DNA of 61,678 nucleotides, filler included, from Basidiobolus ranarum (Eukaryota): NCBI GenBank assembly GCA_040143965.1. It is 16 parts of 16 records of this genome, joined end to end, with 100 filler letters (N's around TTAATTAATTAA, not from the genome) between each part and the next. Parts side by side here need not be neighbours in the genome. Positions count along the whole stretch, not along the records: positions 46,394 to 50,142 come from JASJQH010002302.1; positions 50,243 to 53,988 come from JASJQH010002303.1; positions 54,089 to 57,834 come from JASJQH010002304.1; positions 57,935 to 61,678 come from JASJQH010002305.1; 12 more parts are not named here. One strand, 5' to 3'. Shown piece by piece: positions 49,561 to 61,678 of this stretch (position 1 is its first letter; each line of letters starts with the position of its first letter). The notes under the pieces were generated by a model. It saw only the letters and a program-made list of their open reading frames with translations, ran no database searches and was not told where the DNA came from. The position numbers and the translations under genes were made by a program.

Positions 49561-50427
49561 CTAAGGCAAGTACCAATAACTAACAATGGACATGCTGCGC
49601 AAAGTGGTTGCAGATAACTCTCATCGATAGCCCTAACTGCTAGAGTTGAAGGAATATATACCTGTTGAGTGAAACGCCACTGAGCAGTTAAATCTCAAAG
49701 TAGCAATTAGAACCAAGATCCCTCCATTTTCTTTTTACCAGATCTCAGAGAACCGGTTATGATAAAATAGTATTTGATCTATCACTTTGCCTATACACTT
49801 TACTTTAGTACTGATGTGCTAATCCTCTTATTCCCATTTGGGGATCTTATTTGGATCATCGGATTAACAAAACTTGGTCTTGGTTTTCTTCAAAATTGGT
49901 AAGGTCAGTTGTATTTTATACAGGCCCGCATGGTCCAAGTTCCAAGTTTAATACCAGATGTTCACATGCATTTTTCCATGATTTGAGGGTAACCAATAGA
50001 GCACAACGCAATAAAGCAACAGCCACAACATCAACTCCAAGCCTGATCAATATTTAGTGTACCGCTATTCTAATATGGCCTGATTAAAAATGCGGAGTCA
50101 GTTATAATGGTCAATTTGCTTGAGTTTGTTCTACAATTGGGTNNNNNNNNNNNNNNNNNNNNNNNNNNNNNNNNNNNNNNNNNNNNTTAATTAATTAANN
50201 NNNNNNNNNNNNNNNNNNNNNNNNNNNNNNNNNNNNNNNNNNGAGATATATTCAAGAGATTTATTATCTAATTCGGTTAATCGATGATAAAGAGCTTGGT
50301 ACAAGTATTGCCTGTTGGAAAGGGGTATGGTTGGGCTATTGGTAAGCTCTAAGTGGGTATAAGCAGGTATAAATGGGCATACACGGAAATAATGAGAAGA
50401 GGGAAGACAGATTAAACTCCCAACAAT

Positions 50428-53400
50428 CTACTCGACCTTTATATCAGAAGGTTCACTAACTCGGAATATACCCCAGAGACCATCAAATATATTGGTGAAC
50501 ATGACTCCATCTCGGTATGCCCAGTCACCTGGATACACACTGGCGTAAAAAGTGTTACTCTGCGTGAACCCTGGGGTGATGGCATTGTTCGTCGCTGAGA
50601 ACTCACGTCCCGGTCGGGCATTCTGTGACAACCATCCATGACCATGTAAGTGCCAGGATGCGGGTCTCAGCTTGTCCAAGCCACCAAGAACTCGAAAGCG
50701 TTGTAGTACACCAGATTGCGCACTGAAGATTCGAGTGGATGGTTGATCCGTACGGAGCCAGTCAGGGGCGCTCGCTGGGTGATTTCGGTAATTAAAGGCT
50801 TTTTGTCCTTGATCTACGTAATCCACATAAATAAAACCATTGCTTGGATCGATGTTAGGAGGTGCGTCACCATTTTGATCGCCATCTTCTATGTTGTCTT
50901 CTTCATCAATTCCCAGATCAGGGACTGGTTTATTCAGATCCCCATTTTGAAATAAGCGTAATCCACTCTGAACAATCAGAACCTTATCTTGGTAGATTAG
51001 TGACTTTGCGCCATAAATATCACCAGCATGTGAGGGTGAAGCGCTGTGATAATACACATCGGTCTCTGCTGAGTACCACGAGTCAGGTTGATCGTGAGGA
51101 CCCAAAATGATCAGAGCACCAACCAGACCATGATGTTTATGGTTTCTCACATCAGCGAAATCTTCTAGGAGGATTGGTCCTAGTGGTTGATCAGCATACC
51201 ATGTGTAAGTTCTCGTTTGCTTCGGGGGAACAGTCTGATCTGAATTGAAGCCAACGTTGCTTCCATCATTGTCGCGAACGTCATATCGAAGCAGGTCGGC
51301 ACGGATAGAGACATGATTAGAGACTCTACGGTCCGGATTGTCGGCTGGAACTTGAGGAGCAAAAGGTTCAGGGCGGAGTTTGTCAGGTAGATTGTTTCTC
51401 AAGTGTATTTGGATAAATTCTCCGGTACGGCCACGAATAATCAACGGCTCTAGGTGACCATTATATTGGTTGAGACAAGATTTGGAGTCGGTGGCATTTA
51501 CCCATTGTTCCGACATCGGTTCCTTGTATCCTTTGAGGCAATAAACAATGCCAAATGGATCTATCCAGTTATCATCGTTATACTGAAGGACCTGTGACTG
51601 AGCCTCAACCATGTATTCACGTAATATTGAGCGCTCAGCCACTGGAGGAGACAATACACTCATTCCATTGTAGCCGAAGGGATGGTTGTTGTTCGGGAGT
51701 AGAGGAAGATGGTTCTGAGATTTATCATACACCCTTGTGATGCCCCAACAACCGATCCATAGATCATCAACGCCAGAGAGTTTGTACAGATGGTCACCTG
51801 GGGAGTAATCAGATAACACGTCCAGAGTAAATCCTTCCGATGTGCCTATGATCTGCTGATTGGATACCAGTACCTCAGAGTTTGCAAAAAACCTTGACCA
51901 CCGCATTCCATGGATCTGGAAGCTATGGGGCTCTTCATGTGCACCTTGCACCAACCGAATCACTATTCTATCTCCAGGATAAGACTCAAACAACGTGGTA
52001 GATGGATCGCCATACTTGCCTTTACTACTAAACTGCTCAGAAGGATCCACATCTTTTCTTTCCACTAATGGCTCATTTCTGTAGTTCAATACCACAATTC
52101 CGTGGTCTTTTTTGGGATCATCATTGGGATTAATTGGATTGCCTCGAGAATCAAAGGCTGGCGCAAAGTCCCCAATAAACTGTACTTGTTCACGGAATGA
52201 TTGACCAGAGTCAGGAGTCAGAATGACTGCACTAACTCCGTCCCGTTTTTCTCGAGTCAAATCGTAGGGATCCAAGTAAATCGCTCCTTCAGGTTCCACA
52301 GGAGCTAGGCCGTAAAGACCCTTCTTCTGACGGTAATTAGCAAATAAGTGGTCATGGAAGAAAATATGGCCTAAAGCGTCATCCACCCACCACCTGTTTA
52401 TCATATACTTTCCGAAACTAGCGCCACTCATATAGTTCCACCCAATAGAGGCCCCGTCACTAGCTTGAACATCGAACTTGACAAGATGAACATGCATACC
52501 AGCCTCACCCTTGTGGCGAAGTGCCTTGCATCGTGGAAAATCTTCGTCAAAAGCAGTTCCCGGAATGAATGTGGGTAATTTATTAGTGAACTTGTTTACC
52601 GCAACTGTATTCTCGTTCAGTCGTAGAACAAATGGTTCATATTGACTAGGACCTTCTGGGGCTGCTGGCTTCTGCTCTTCATCCAAAATGTATAGATGTC
52701 CATAAGGATAGTGCCAACCATGCTTGTTGTACTCGAAATGACGAAGTGCTATCGAGACATTGGCATGTACTTCCTTGGGCTGTCGTGGAGTGGGGATCAA
52801 AGTGAAAAGGTTGCCAATCTGTGGGTCCTTGTTCATGTTGAGAATTTCCAACTCTGAAGCAGCTCGATAATCGGCATTCTTTGGTATTTTACCGAACTTC
52901 TGAACAGGCCAGGGAACTCGAGGGGATTTCTGACCTACAACACCATCAATGAAATTGGGAAATCCTGGGTGACGTTTGTCTTTCAATGGTGGATTTGGAC
53001 GTGTAGGGAGAATGGCCAGCCTTTCGATCGGTGTACCGTCGGGATACTTGCCCTTTCCTTCCTCAAAACGATCTAGCACTCTCATGATACCCCACATACC
53101 AGTCTCAAAGTGGGGATATAAATGGCAATGCCAAACCACATCACCAATAGATTTTAGTCTTGATCCGGCTCCATAGTGGATATCGAGATCCCAGGATGTT
53201 TGAGGCGACATGGAGAAAGCATCAATGGTAAGACTCTCACGGTCACCACGAAGGGAACTCCACTGGTGAATGTGTAAGTGGAAGACGTGGGTTTCCTTGA
53301 CTCCAGCATGCACAACTCTGAACTTGACGGGATCACCAGCGTAAGCACGGAACACAGGAGTGGCTGGGTCACCAAACATCCAGCTAGAATGATGTTGCTC

Positions 53401-53988
53401 TTCACCGTTGACATTCAACTGTTCACCATTTCTAATCCTCTCATATAACACATGCTCTCGATTCCGCATAGGTTCTGAACGATAGTTAATAGAGTTGGTC
53501 ATCAAATCAAGCTTTACAGTTGTATTTGTACATGGGTCGATTGGACGAGAATTGAAGTTACTGACATCCGTCTGATCGTGGAAGAATGAGACAAATTCGC
53601 GGAATGAACAATCAGGATGCGAGAATTTATCTTCTTCCTCAAAGAAACCTCGTTTAGGGCACCCACCATATTTCTGAGGGGGGTGAATGTCGGCTATCAC
53701 TCCGTCATCTGTCAGTTCACCAGTGATCGGGTCGGTCCAGGTAGATCCTCTTGGCTCAACCACAACTGCAGCAAAGAGTCCGTGAATATGAGTTCCATTG
53801 CCGGATCCATCGTAGTCGCCATTGTTGGAAATCAGGTAAGTCCCTTGTTTAAGACATGGCCAACGATATTGTATTTGCTGATTGTACCCTACGGTGGAGT
53901 CCGGGTTTCTTCCCACTGATGAGCCATCGTTTTCAATGGTTTGCCCAAAAAGATGAGGATGTAAGCTAACTCGTCGATTTCGAATTTC
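50428..53988 (-). CDS. mnxG: Large MnxG-like multicopper oxidase (putative manganese oxidase); intronless; 5' end truncated
   Basis: Frame is open to the contig edge (>1180 aa). THVFHLHIHQW, WHCHLYPHFETGMWG, GMHVHLVKFDVQASDGASIGWNY, FFHDHLFAN, QGAHEEPHSF, WHLHGH. Confidence 0.85.
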   Translation of the reverse strand, partial: EIRNRRVSLHPHLFGQTIENDGSSVGRNPDSTVGYNQQIQYRWPCLKQGTYLISNNGDYDGSGNGTHIHGLFAAVVVEPRGSTWTDPITGELTDDGVIADIHPPQKYGGCPKRGFFEEEDKFSHPDCSFREFVSFFHDQTDVSNFNSRPIDPCTNTTVKLDLMTNSINYRSEPMRNREHVLYERIRNGEQLNVNGEEQHHSSWMFGDPATPVFRAYAGDPVKFRVVHAGVKETHVFHLHIHQWSSLRGDRESLTIDAFSMSPQTSWDLDIHYGAGSRLKSIGDVVWHCHLYPHFETGMWGIMRVLDRFEEGKGKYPDGTPIERLAILPTRPNPPLKDKRHPGFPNFIDGVVGQKSPRVPWPVQKFGKIPKNADYRAASELEILNMNKDPQIGNLFTLIPTPRQPKEVHANVSIALRHFEYNKHGWHYPYGHLYILDEEQKPAAPEGPSQYEPFVLRLNENTVAVNKFTNKLPTFIPGTAFDEDFPRCKALRHKGEAGMHVHLVKFDVQASDGASIGWNYMSGASFGKYMINRWWVDDALGHIFFHDHLFANYRQKKGLYGLAPVEPEGAIYLDPYDLTREKRDGVSAVILTPDSGQSFREQVQFIGDFAPAFDSRGNPINPNDDPKKDHGIVVLNYRNEPLVERKDVDPSEQFSSKGKYGDPSTTLFESYPGDRIVIRLVQGAHEEPHSFQIHGMRWSRFFANSEVLVSNQQIIGTSEGFTLDVLSDYSPGDHLYKLSGVDDLWIGCWGITRVYDKSQNHLPLLPNNNHPFGYNGMSVLSPPVAERSILREYMVEAQSQVLQYNDDNWIDPFGIVYCLKGYKEPMSEQWVNATDSKSCLNQYNGHLEPLIIRGRTGEFIQIHLRNNLPDKLRPEPFAPQVPADNPDRRVSNHVSIRADLLRYDVRDNDGSNVGFNSDQTVPPKQTRTYTWYADQPLGPILLEDFADVRNHKHHGLVGALIILGPHDQPDSWYSAETDVYYHSASPSHAGDIYGAKSLIYQDKVLIVQSGLRLFQNGDLNKPVPDLGIDEEDNIEDGDQNGDAPPNIDPSNGFIYVDYVDQGQKAFNYRNHPASAPDWLRTDQPSTRIFSAQSGVLQRFRVLGGLDKLRPASWHLHGHGWLSQNARPGREFSATNNAITPGFTQSNTFYASVYPGDWAYRDGVMFTNIFDGLWGIFRVSEPSDIKVE

Positions 53989-54088
53989 NNNNNNNNNNNN
54001 NNNNNNNNNNNNNNNNNNNNNNNNNNNNNNNNTTAATTAATTAANNNNNNNNNNNNNNNNNNNNNNNNNNNNNNNNNNNNNNNNNNNN

Positions 54089-56084
54089 AATAAGATCAGA
54101 AATAGCCATTATTACTATATCAATCAGTCCTAAAATTGGGCCTATGCCTGCACAGCTCAAATAAATGAATTACAGATTATAAAAGAGGCCCTAAGGGTGC
54201 TTATATGAAATTTTGGAGATCAGCAATGGCTGATGAGTACCAGGCTTTGATTGATAATCAAACTTGTACTTTGACCAACTTACCCAATGATAGAAAATTA
54301 ATTGGCTGCCAATGGGTTTTAAAGTTAAATATAACTCTGATGGCAATATAGAAAGGTTGAAGGCTGAACTAGCAACCAAAGGCTGTTTCCAAGCACCAGG
54401 AATAGATTATACAGAAACTTTTTTTCCTGTGGCAAAGTTTAACTCAATTAGATTGATTAGCAATTTCAGCTAAGTATGTGTTTATTATTCATCAAATGGA
54501 TGCTAGAACAGCTTTTTTGAATGGTAAGGTTGCTGAGAAGCTGTCTGTGGAACACCCAGCTTGATTTGCAAACACAGATAATCCTGAACAAGTTTGCTGA
54601 CTCTGTAATACACTCTATGGCTTAAAACAATCTCCAAGAGCTTGGAATAGCAAGATAGATGCTTCTTTGGAAATACTCACATTCCAAAAGAGCAATGCTG
54701 ACTATAGTATCTACTTCAGGCCAGATAAGACAAACACAGTTCTATTAGCCTTATATGTAGATGATCTTATTATAGCAGCCAATGACTTGAAGACTTTGGA
54801 AAAAACCAACTCCAGATTATCTGCTGAATTCAAAATGAATGATCTTGGTAAACTAACCTACTATGTTGGAATCCAAATTAAGATAGATTGAACTACCAAT
54901 ACTATAACTTTAAACCAATCAAGTATATGCTAGATATACTAAAGAAATTTAAAATGGAAGAATGCAATCCAGTATCTACCTCAAAGGAGACAAATCCTGA
55001 ATTGACAAAAAGTGGCTCAACTCAGATGTTCTTGAATTCAAATGAAAGCCAGAAATTTCTTTATCAGTCTAAGGTAGGTAGTTGGATATATATCATGGTT
55101 GAAGAATGGCCAGATATTGAATACTCTGTGGGAGTTATGTGCAAATATCTTCAAAATTGTAGTTCTAATCAAATTGTAGCAATTAAGTGGATTTTAGATA
55201 CTAGAAAGGTACTGTGGATCTGTGCTTTCAATACATATGTTCTGGGTCAAACTTTGATCTGATGGCATATTCAGATGCAAATTAGGGAAAAGATATTGAT
55301 AACAGGAGATCTGCAACAGGATTCTTATTTCTTTGATGTAATGGAGCTATTTCTTGGATTCAAAGAAACAACCTACTGTAGCACTTGTGACAACAGAAGC
55401 TGAATACATGGCTGTCTGTGAAGCAGCAAAAGAAGCATTATGGTTAACAAAACTCTTAACAGATTTAGGTTATTCTCAAAATTTGCCTGCTACAATATTT
55501 TAAGGTAATCAAAGTTGTGTCAAATTGGCTAAAAATCTCATGTTTCATAATAAAAGCAAACATACAGATATTAAGTATAACTTCATTAGAGTGACTATAC
55601 AGAATATGTTTATTAACTTGACTTATTGTTCTACAGAAGACATGATTGCTGATATATTAACCAAACCATTAGCTAGACAGAAATTTGTGAAATTTAGACC
55701 TGTATTATGATTAATTAATATGACTATTTAGTTGAGAGAGTGTTGAAATTAGCATTGCCTAGGCATCTATATAGGCATACATAGTTTAGTACTTAGTTAT
55801 CTGATATCTCATTAAGATATTATTTGTTATTCCCAATTGAAACTTGGAATATTTTTACCTACTTACAAGTTCTCAGATATATAGATTTTTCAAACTTTTG
55901 CCAGAAGCCTCAAACTATGCACACATGTTCCTGGGACCTTACTTAACACATTGTACACTCCAGCTTGTTTACATCTTGAAAAAACAATAAATGGCAACTT
56001 TCTACTCAATAAATCAACAAGTGAAAAACACCAATGCCTCTAATTCTCCTCACCACTTCCAACAGGCTCCCAAATACTTTAATA
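54089..56084 (+). mobile_element. Copia family A RT/RNase H, PPT and 3' LTR (55741-56084)
   Basis: YGLKQSPRAW, LALYVDDLII, DMIADILTKPL; GAGAGAG followed by TGTTGAAATTAG. Confidence 0.92.
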
Positions 56085-57834
56085 TTTTTCTCCTACCACA
56101 GTGCCCCATAGTTCTTTTTCTTACAGAAACATTTTTGTCATGATTTTCCAAACTTGATAATTGGTTCCATCTAATCATTAGGAGAGGTAAAAGTTCCTGA
56201 AATTTGATGGATAGACATAGCAGAAAGTGCAAGCGCAGGGCTCATAATCTGATGGAGTGTTTGAAGGCCTATTGAAGGTGATTTGGAGAATTCAAGAAAT
56301 TGATGGTTTTCACCTGTTGATTTAGTAAGCATTTAGTTGACATTTATAGTTTTGTCTAGGTGTAAGTATACTAGCAGGTAGAGTGTGTCAAGGAAGGTGC
56401 AAGGAACATATGTATAAAGCTTGGGGATTCTATAACAAGTTGTCTAAGTCTATATATTTGAGAACCTCTAAGTTGGTGTCAACATTCTATGTAAATTCCT
56501 CATGAGAATAATGGGTAATATCTTAGTGAAATATAAGATAACAAGATACTAAGCTATATATGACTATATATGTACTTAGGCAATGATAATTCCAACACAT
56601 ACAAGTTGAGCAACAAATAGCTCAACTATAGAAGACATTTAATCACCTATCAATAAAGTCACTATTTTAGTCTATGAAAAAGACAGCATTGGAGTACCTA
56701 CTACTGATCAGGATAACATAGGTACCTTCCTGTACAGCCTGCCAGACCAGCTTCAGAGCCTAGTAGAGGCTCTGTCATCAAAAGTTGAAAATGTAACCAT
56801 AAATTGCTGAAGTTGGTATTCCCTAAGCACCTATATAGTCATATATAGCTTAGTAATAAGTTATCTTATATTTCACTCAGGTATTATCCATTAATCTTAA
56901 ATGGAACTTGTAATATTTTTATGAACTTACAAGTTCTCAGATATAGAGATTTTTCAAGCTAGTGCCAGAAGCCCCAAACTGTGCACACATGTTTCTGGGA
57001 CCTTCCTTAGCACATTCTACATGCAAGTTTGGTTACATCTTGAAAAAACTATATATAGCAACTTTCTACTCAATGAATCAATAAGTGAAAACCAACAATT
57101 CCTCTGATTCTCCACACCACTTCCAACAGGCTACCAAATACTTGAACATTTTTCCCCTACCACAGTGTCCCATAGTTCTTTTTCTTACAGCAACATTTTT
57201 GTCTTGATTTTCCAAACTTGATAATTGGTTCCATCTAATATTTAGGGGAGATAAAAGTTCCAGATAATTGATGGGAAGACATTACGGAAAGTGCAAGCTC
57301 AGGGCCCATGTTGAAATTAGCTTTGCCTAAACACCTATATAATCATATATAGCTTAGTACTTAGTTATCTTATAATTCACTAAGATATTATCCATTTTTC
57401 TCAATTGGAATTTATTTGAATATTCTTACCAACTTAGAAGTTCTCAGATATATAGATTTTTCAAACTTGTACTAGAAGCCCCAAACTTGGCACATATGTT
57501 CCTAGGACCTTTCTCAATGCATTCTACATGTTTTTTTGCTTATATCTTGACAAAACTATAAATGTTAACTTTCTACTCAATAAAAGTGAAAGCTGCCAGC
57601 TCCTCTAATTCTCCAAACCACTTCCAACAGGCTCACAAATACTTTAACAGGTTATGAGCCCTAAGCTTGCACTCTCTGTAATGTCTACTTCTCAAATTTA
57701 AGGAACTTTTCCCTCTTCTTAAAAATTGAATGGAACCAATTATGAAGTTTGGCAAATTAAAATGAAAATGCTGGTGCAAGAGAAAGGATTTTGGGACAGT
57801 GTTGAAGGAGAAGAAAGCAATGCAAAACTATCTG
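56085..57834. mobile_element. Nest of copia family A pieces: antisense gag and LTR (56250-56597, -), gag fragment, LTR 56805-57148, antisense gag, LTR 57309-57649, PBS 57650-57661 and gag
   Basis: LTR sequence matches the solo LTR at 46505; GGTTATGAGCCC follows the last LTR. Confidence 0.88.
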
Positions 57835-57934
57835 NNNNNNNNNNNNNNNNNNNNNNNNNNNNNNNNNNNNNNNNNNNNTTAATTAATTAANNNNNNNNNN
57901 NNNNNNNNNNNNNNNNNNNNNNNNNNNNNNNNNN

Positions 57935-58072
57935 ACATCCAAGCTTTGTTCCTGTGAGGCCGGTGCCACGAAGGTACTGGAGAAGTGTCATTTCTGGGTC
58001 AGGGTTTTGCAAAGCAACACGAGTACCGTTGACGTAAAATGTCAATGTGTTGGAATAACTTTGAACTGACAT
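57935..58072 (-). CDS. XDH: Xanthine dehydrogenase N-terminus (2Fe-2S domain), cut by contig end
   Basis: [10 protein letters not shown]...[21 protein letters not shown]. Confidence 0.88.
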
Positions 58073-59212
58073 GATTTCTAATTGATGTTAAAGATCAAGA
58101 GAAAGTGTTGAATACACAGAAACTGAAATGCAATTCTTTGAATGGAGTTGATGGTCTGCAAAGATAATGCAGTTCTAATATATATAAGATTTGGTAGCTT
58201 TAGGTAACATAAGTTTGAGTGTATTGATTATCTAACTCGCTCAATTGATCGATATCTAGTTTTCGATTGCTCCACAGCTCCACATTTTCTCATTTACCGG
58301 TATCCATGCAAATACTTTTTCCCTCCCACTCTCAGTTCTATCCACACATAATTATAGCCGTACTGAGTTTAATACTCGACTACCTTCCTATTTCTCACTC
58401 ACTGTAAAGCAGAATAGTTGCCGCCGCAATGAGATGATGTTGATATCTTAATAGTGATTTATAAGAATTAAACTGCTAATGATGTGGCTCTCTAGCTGTA
58501 TATCTACTCCATCGGTTTCGATATCTTGATCTGGTGAGAAATGTTTCATTGTGTAGCTCCATCACCTGAACCTGTTAGTGGCTAATGTGCTAATTTAAAG
58601 ATTGTTTAAATAATCGAAAAGTTCGAATTACGTGTCAAATGTAAATTTTCTGTATTTTTAGCGGAATGACTCCTACTCATTGGCGCCACACGGTGAATGT
58701 ATACTAATATGGCAACATTGATGAGCAAGCTTTGACAATAGATAATCGTTAGCTAAGAATTCCCACATCACTTTTGATTCTTCGTTAATCGATTGATTAG
58801 TTGTTATCCAACTATTGATTGTATGACCGATATTTTCAGGAGGAATTTCGGCTGTTTTCCATCTTCAGGTTATATCCGATGTATCACAGATCCTCCATAA
58901 GATCTTCAAACGAGCTAACCCCAACACTTCTTCCCGATAAAATTACCTACGGCGAACATATCTACGACTTTGCCTCCAGCGTCCTAAATTTAGTCAAACA
59001 TATCAACTTTATGTTTACATATAAATAATTGATACATATTTGTAAATAACGTACACTAACAGAAAATTTTGATTTTCATCCATTTATGAAGAAAGATTTA
59101 CTCCTCGATAGAAATTTTTATTTATATTCGTTCTTTCAAAATACCTGTATAAACAATGAAATGCTGCTTGTACTATCAATGCTATTAATAACTAACAGAT
59201 AGTTAAGTCTGT

Positions 59213-61678
59213 TTATGATTGCTCAATTTGGCTCAAGAAAGCATCATCGACTTTAGCTTTCGTAGACTCCATTAAATGACGCTTGGTCCATTTATATAGT
59301 TCTGAAACCAAGATAAAGATTAAAGCATCGGCTACAACAAGTCCCCACTCCCAGGTGATTCCTTTGTGACGGAAGACAGATGTATTCAAACTTTTGGAAA
59401 TGTCAGTAATTTGTTATAATAAACATACTTCTCAAACAAGTTAAAACTTACCCTGGAATATAAATACAAGGGAATAGTAGTATAAATCCTGAAACTACAC
59501 TCCAAAATAGGAATTTGTTGGAGTAGATATTTTTGACTTGAGACCAAGACCACTGGGCACTGCGTAGAGAACGACAATTGAAGCAATGTAGCAAAATTAG
59601 GACAGTAATGGCAGCATAAGCGGCAGCTCGGCCACGATAAACTTCATCACAAGTGTCATTATACGACTCATTACAACTGTTACCCAATTGTCCAGAACCG
59701 ACTACAAACACTACAAAAACAAAGTTGAGGAGCGACAATACCCCCATAACCACACCGTATAAGATATTATCCAAGATAACTTCAAATGTAAAAAGTCCAC
59801 CGGTGTGAGGTTTTTGACGCATAATCTCGGGTGTAGCCGGCTCCATACCAAGTGCCATAGAAGGAGGAGTGCTTGATAGCAACAAATGTTAATATCCACA
59901 CTACATTACGTACATAATATATCCTATTTACCTTGTGGCCAGTGTATAAAACAGAATTTGTACTGGAGATAGAGGGTATACAGACGCACCACTATCATCT
60001 TTGATTGCCAAGGCTATCATCAATACCAAAACGCATGCCAAATTGCCGGATAATAGATTTTGAACAAATTTGACAAAATTTGCAAAAACTCTACGGCCCT
60101 CAACAATGGCCCCAACAATAGTAGCGAAATTGTCATCGGTCAAAATAATGTCAGAGGCTTGTTTAGCTACATCTGATCCAGCTTTACCCATGGCTATGCC
60201 AACATCCGCAATTTTAAGACTTGGTGAATCATTTACACCATCACCAGTCATCGCAACAATCTTCTTACGTCTATGGAATGCACGGATCATTTTCACTTTG
60301 GTGTTAGGACTACAGCGAGCAATAACTCTAGGAAGTTCCGGCAATGCATCAATCTCTTCTTCAGTCATTGAGTCAAATTCACCAGCTGTCATGACCAGAC
60401 GAACATTGCTTCCTGTAGCATTCTTTTCTTCAACTCCCTCTGGAGGTAAAATCGATACCTCACGTGCAATGGCTTCAGCTGTGGCTGGATGATCACCAGT
60501 TAACATGTGAACTTGGATACCAGCACGATAGCATTCAAGAACTGCGGGGCGCGATTCCAAACGGGGAGGATCATAAATGCCACCCAATCCAAGAAAGGTG
60601 AACCCTTGTTCGATGTCTTCACGAGTCCAAGTTGATGGATCAGTATTAACTGTTTTCTCATCCAGAATTCGGTAAGCCAAACAGAGTACACGCTGAGTTA
60701 TATAGATTATGAGATATTTATATTTTGTAGAAATCAATTATATAGATGATACATACCAGGCCTTGAGATGCCATAAAGACAATTTGAGGTTCAAGTAAAG
60801 TCTCTATTTGTTGTTGACTCATGGCTTGCACATCTTCTCCTAGCCTGACCTCAGTGCAGCATCCAATAATACGTTCGAAAGCACCTTTCAAATATACTAG
60901 ATATCTTCCTGTACTTTCTTCTCTATATACGACACTCATTCTCTTGATGGAGGATTCAAAAGGAAACTCAGTAATCAACGTATATCTATGAGTGAGATCA
61001 GCTTCGCTTGTAAAGGTAGGTTTACCACGGTTTAACTTGTGTGCAAAAACTTGAAGAGCAGTCTACAGTAGCAAGTGCTTCTTTGTTAATATAAATTGAA
61101 CAATACTCTATGTTACAAAGTTTACAAACCTCAGTAGGATCACCGATACTAGTCCATTCCATTGATTCATTATCCTGTTTGATCATAGCCATATTACACA
61201 AAGCTGCAGTTTCTACAAATCTTTGTAAAGCATTTGGAATTATACCGGTTGAAATAAGCATATCTTTAGCATCATCCGATACAGTAATGCCATCCCCTGC
61301 TATAATAGAACGATCAAGTTGCTTGTTTTCCCCTAGATGTAATATACAGCCAGTGGGGTTGACACCAGCTCCAGTAACGTGATAAAAGCCGCTTCCAGGT
61401 AACCAAAAGCGAGTTAATACCATTTTTGCTTGAGTCAGAGTTCCTGTCTATGTAAATAAACTGTTAATGATCATCAAATAGCGTGAATTAACAATATAGC
61501 TAACACTAACTTTATCCGAACAAATATTAGATATCGAACCGAGAGCTTCCAGAGACGGAAGCTGACGAACAAGAGCACGCTCTTTAGCCATCTTTCTAAC
61601 ACCAATAGCCATGGTAAAGGTGACAACAGCAATCAAACCACCAGGAATGACAGCAATTCCAATCGAGATAGCGTAAAC
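59213..61678 (-). CDS. ENA1: ENA-type (P2D) Na+/K+-exporting P-type ATPase, 3' part, multi-exon
   Basis: ICSDK|TGTLTQ, GDPTE, FPFESSIKRMS, KGA, YDPPR, MLTGDHPATA, MTGDGVNDSPSL. Confidence 0.9.

Noticed and set aside
5656-58072. Guanine deaminase plus xanthine dehydrogenase as a purine-catabolism cluster
   Set aside because: They lie on different contigs; co-occurrence comes from size sorting.

Overview
The window is not one locus. It is 16 unrelated contigs of about 3.75 kb (lengths falling from 3779 to 3744 bp), joined by artificial 100-nt spacers (44 N + TTAATTAATTAA + 44 N), so neighbourhood across spacers means nothing. The DNA is fungal, with short 50-70 nt GT-AG introns and CTAAY branch sites; an early-diverging lineage such as Zoopagomycota or Mucoromycota is my inference. 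Recognisable genes: GAPDH, a guanine deaminase pseudogene, an SLC26 sulfate permease, a large-subunit catalase, an SGNH-fold protein, RPS10, QRI7, DMC1, a PQ-loop transporter, mitochondrial uS15, RPL8, xanthine dehydrogenase, an ENA P-type ATPase and several secreted Gly-rich or Thr-rich proteins. Much of the rest is decayed and nested Ty1/copia (half-tRNA-type PBS) and chromoviral Ty3/gypsy elements. Two signals stand out. (1) A frameshifted, intron-containing Fanzor1 (eukaryotic TnpB-like RNA-guided nuclease) remnant at 41524-42441 (-), missed by the ORF track, with a candidate omega-RNA/right end just downstream. (2) An intronless, >1180-aa multicopper oxidase resembling Bacillus MnxG at 50428-53988 (-), a candidate horizontal transfer from bacteria. 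All family calls are from motif recognition by eye; no database search was run.
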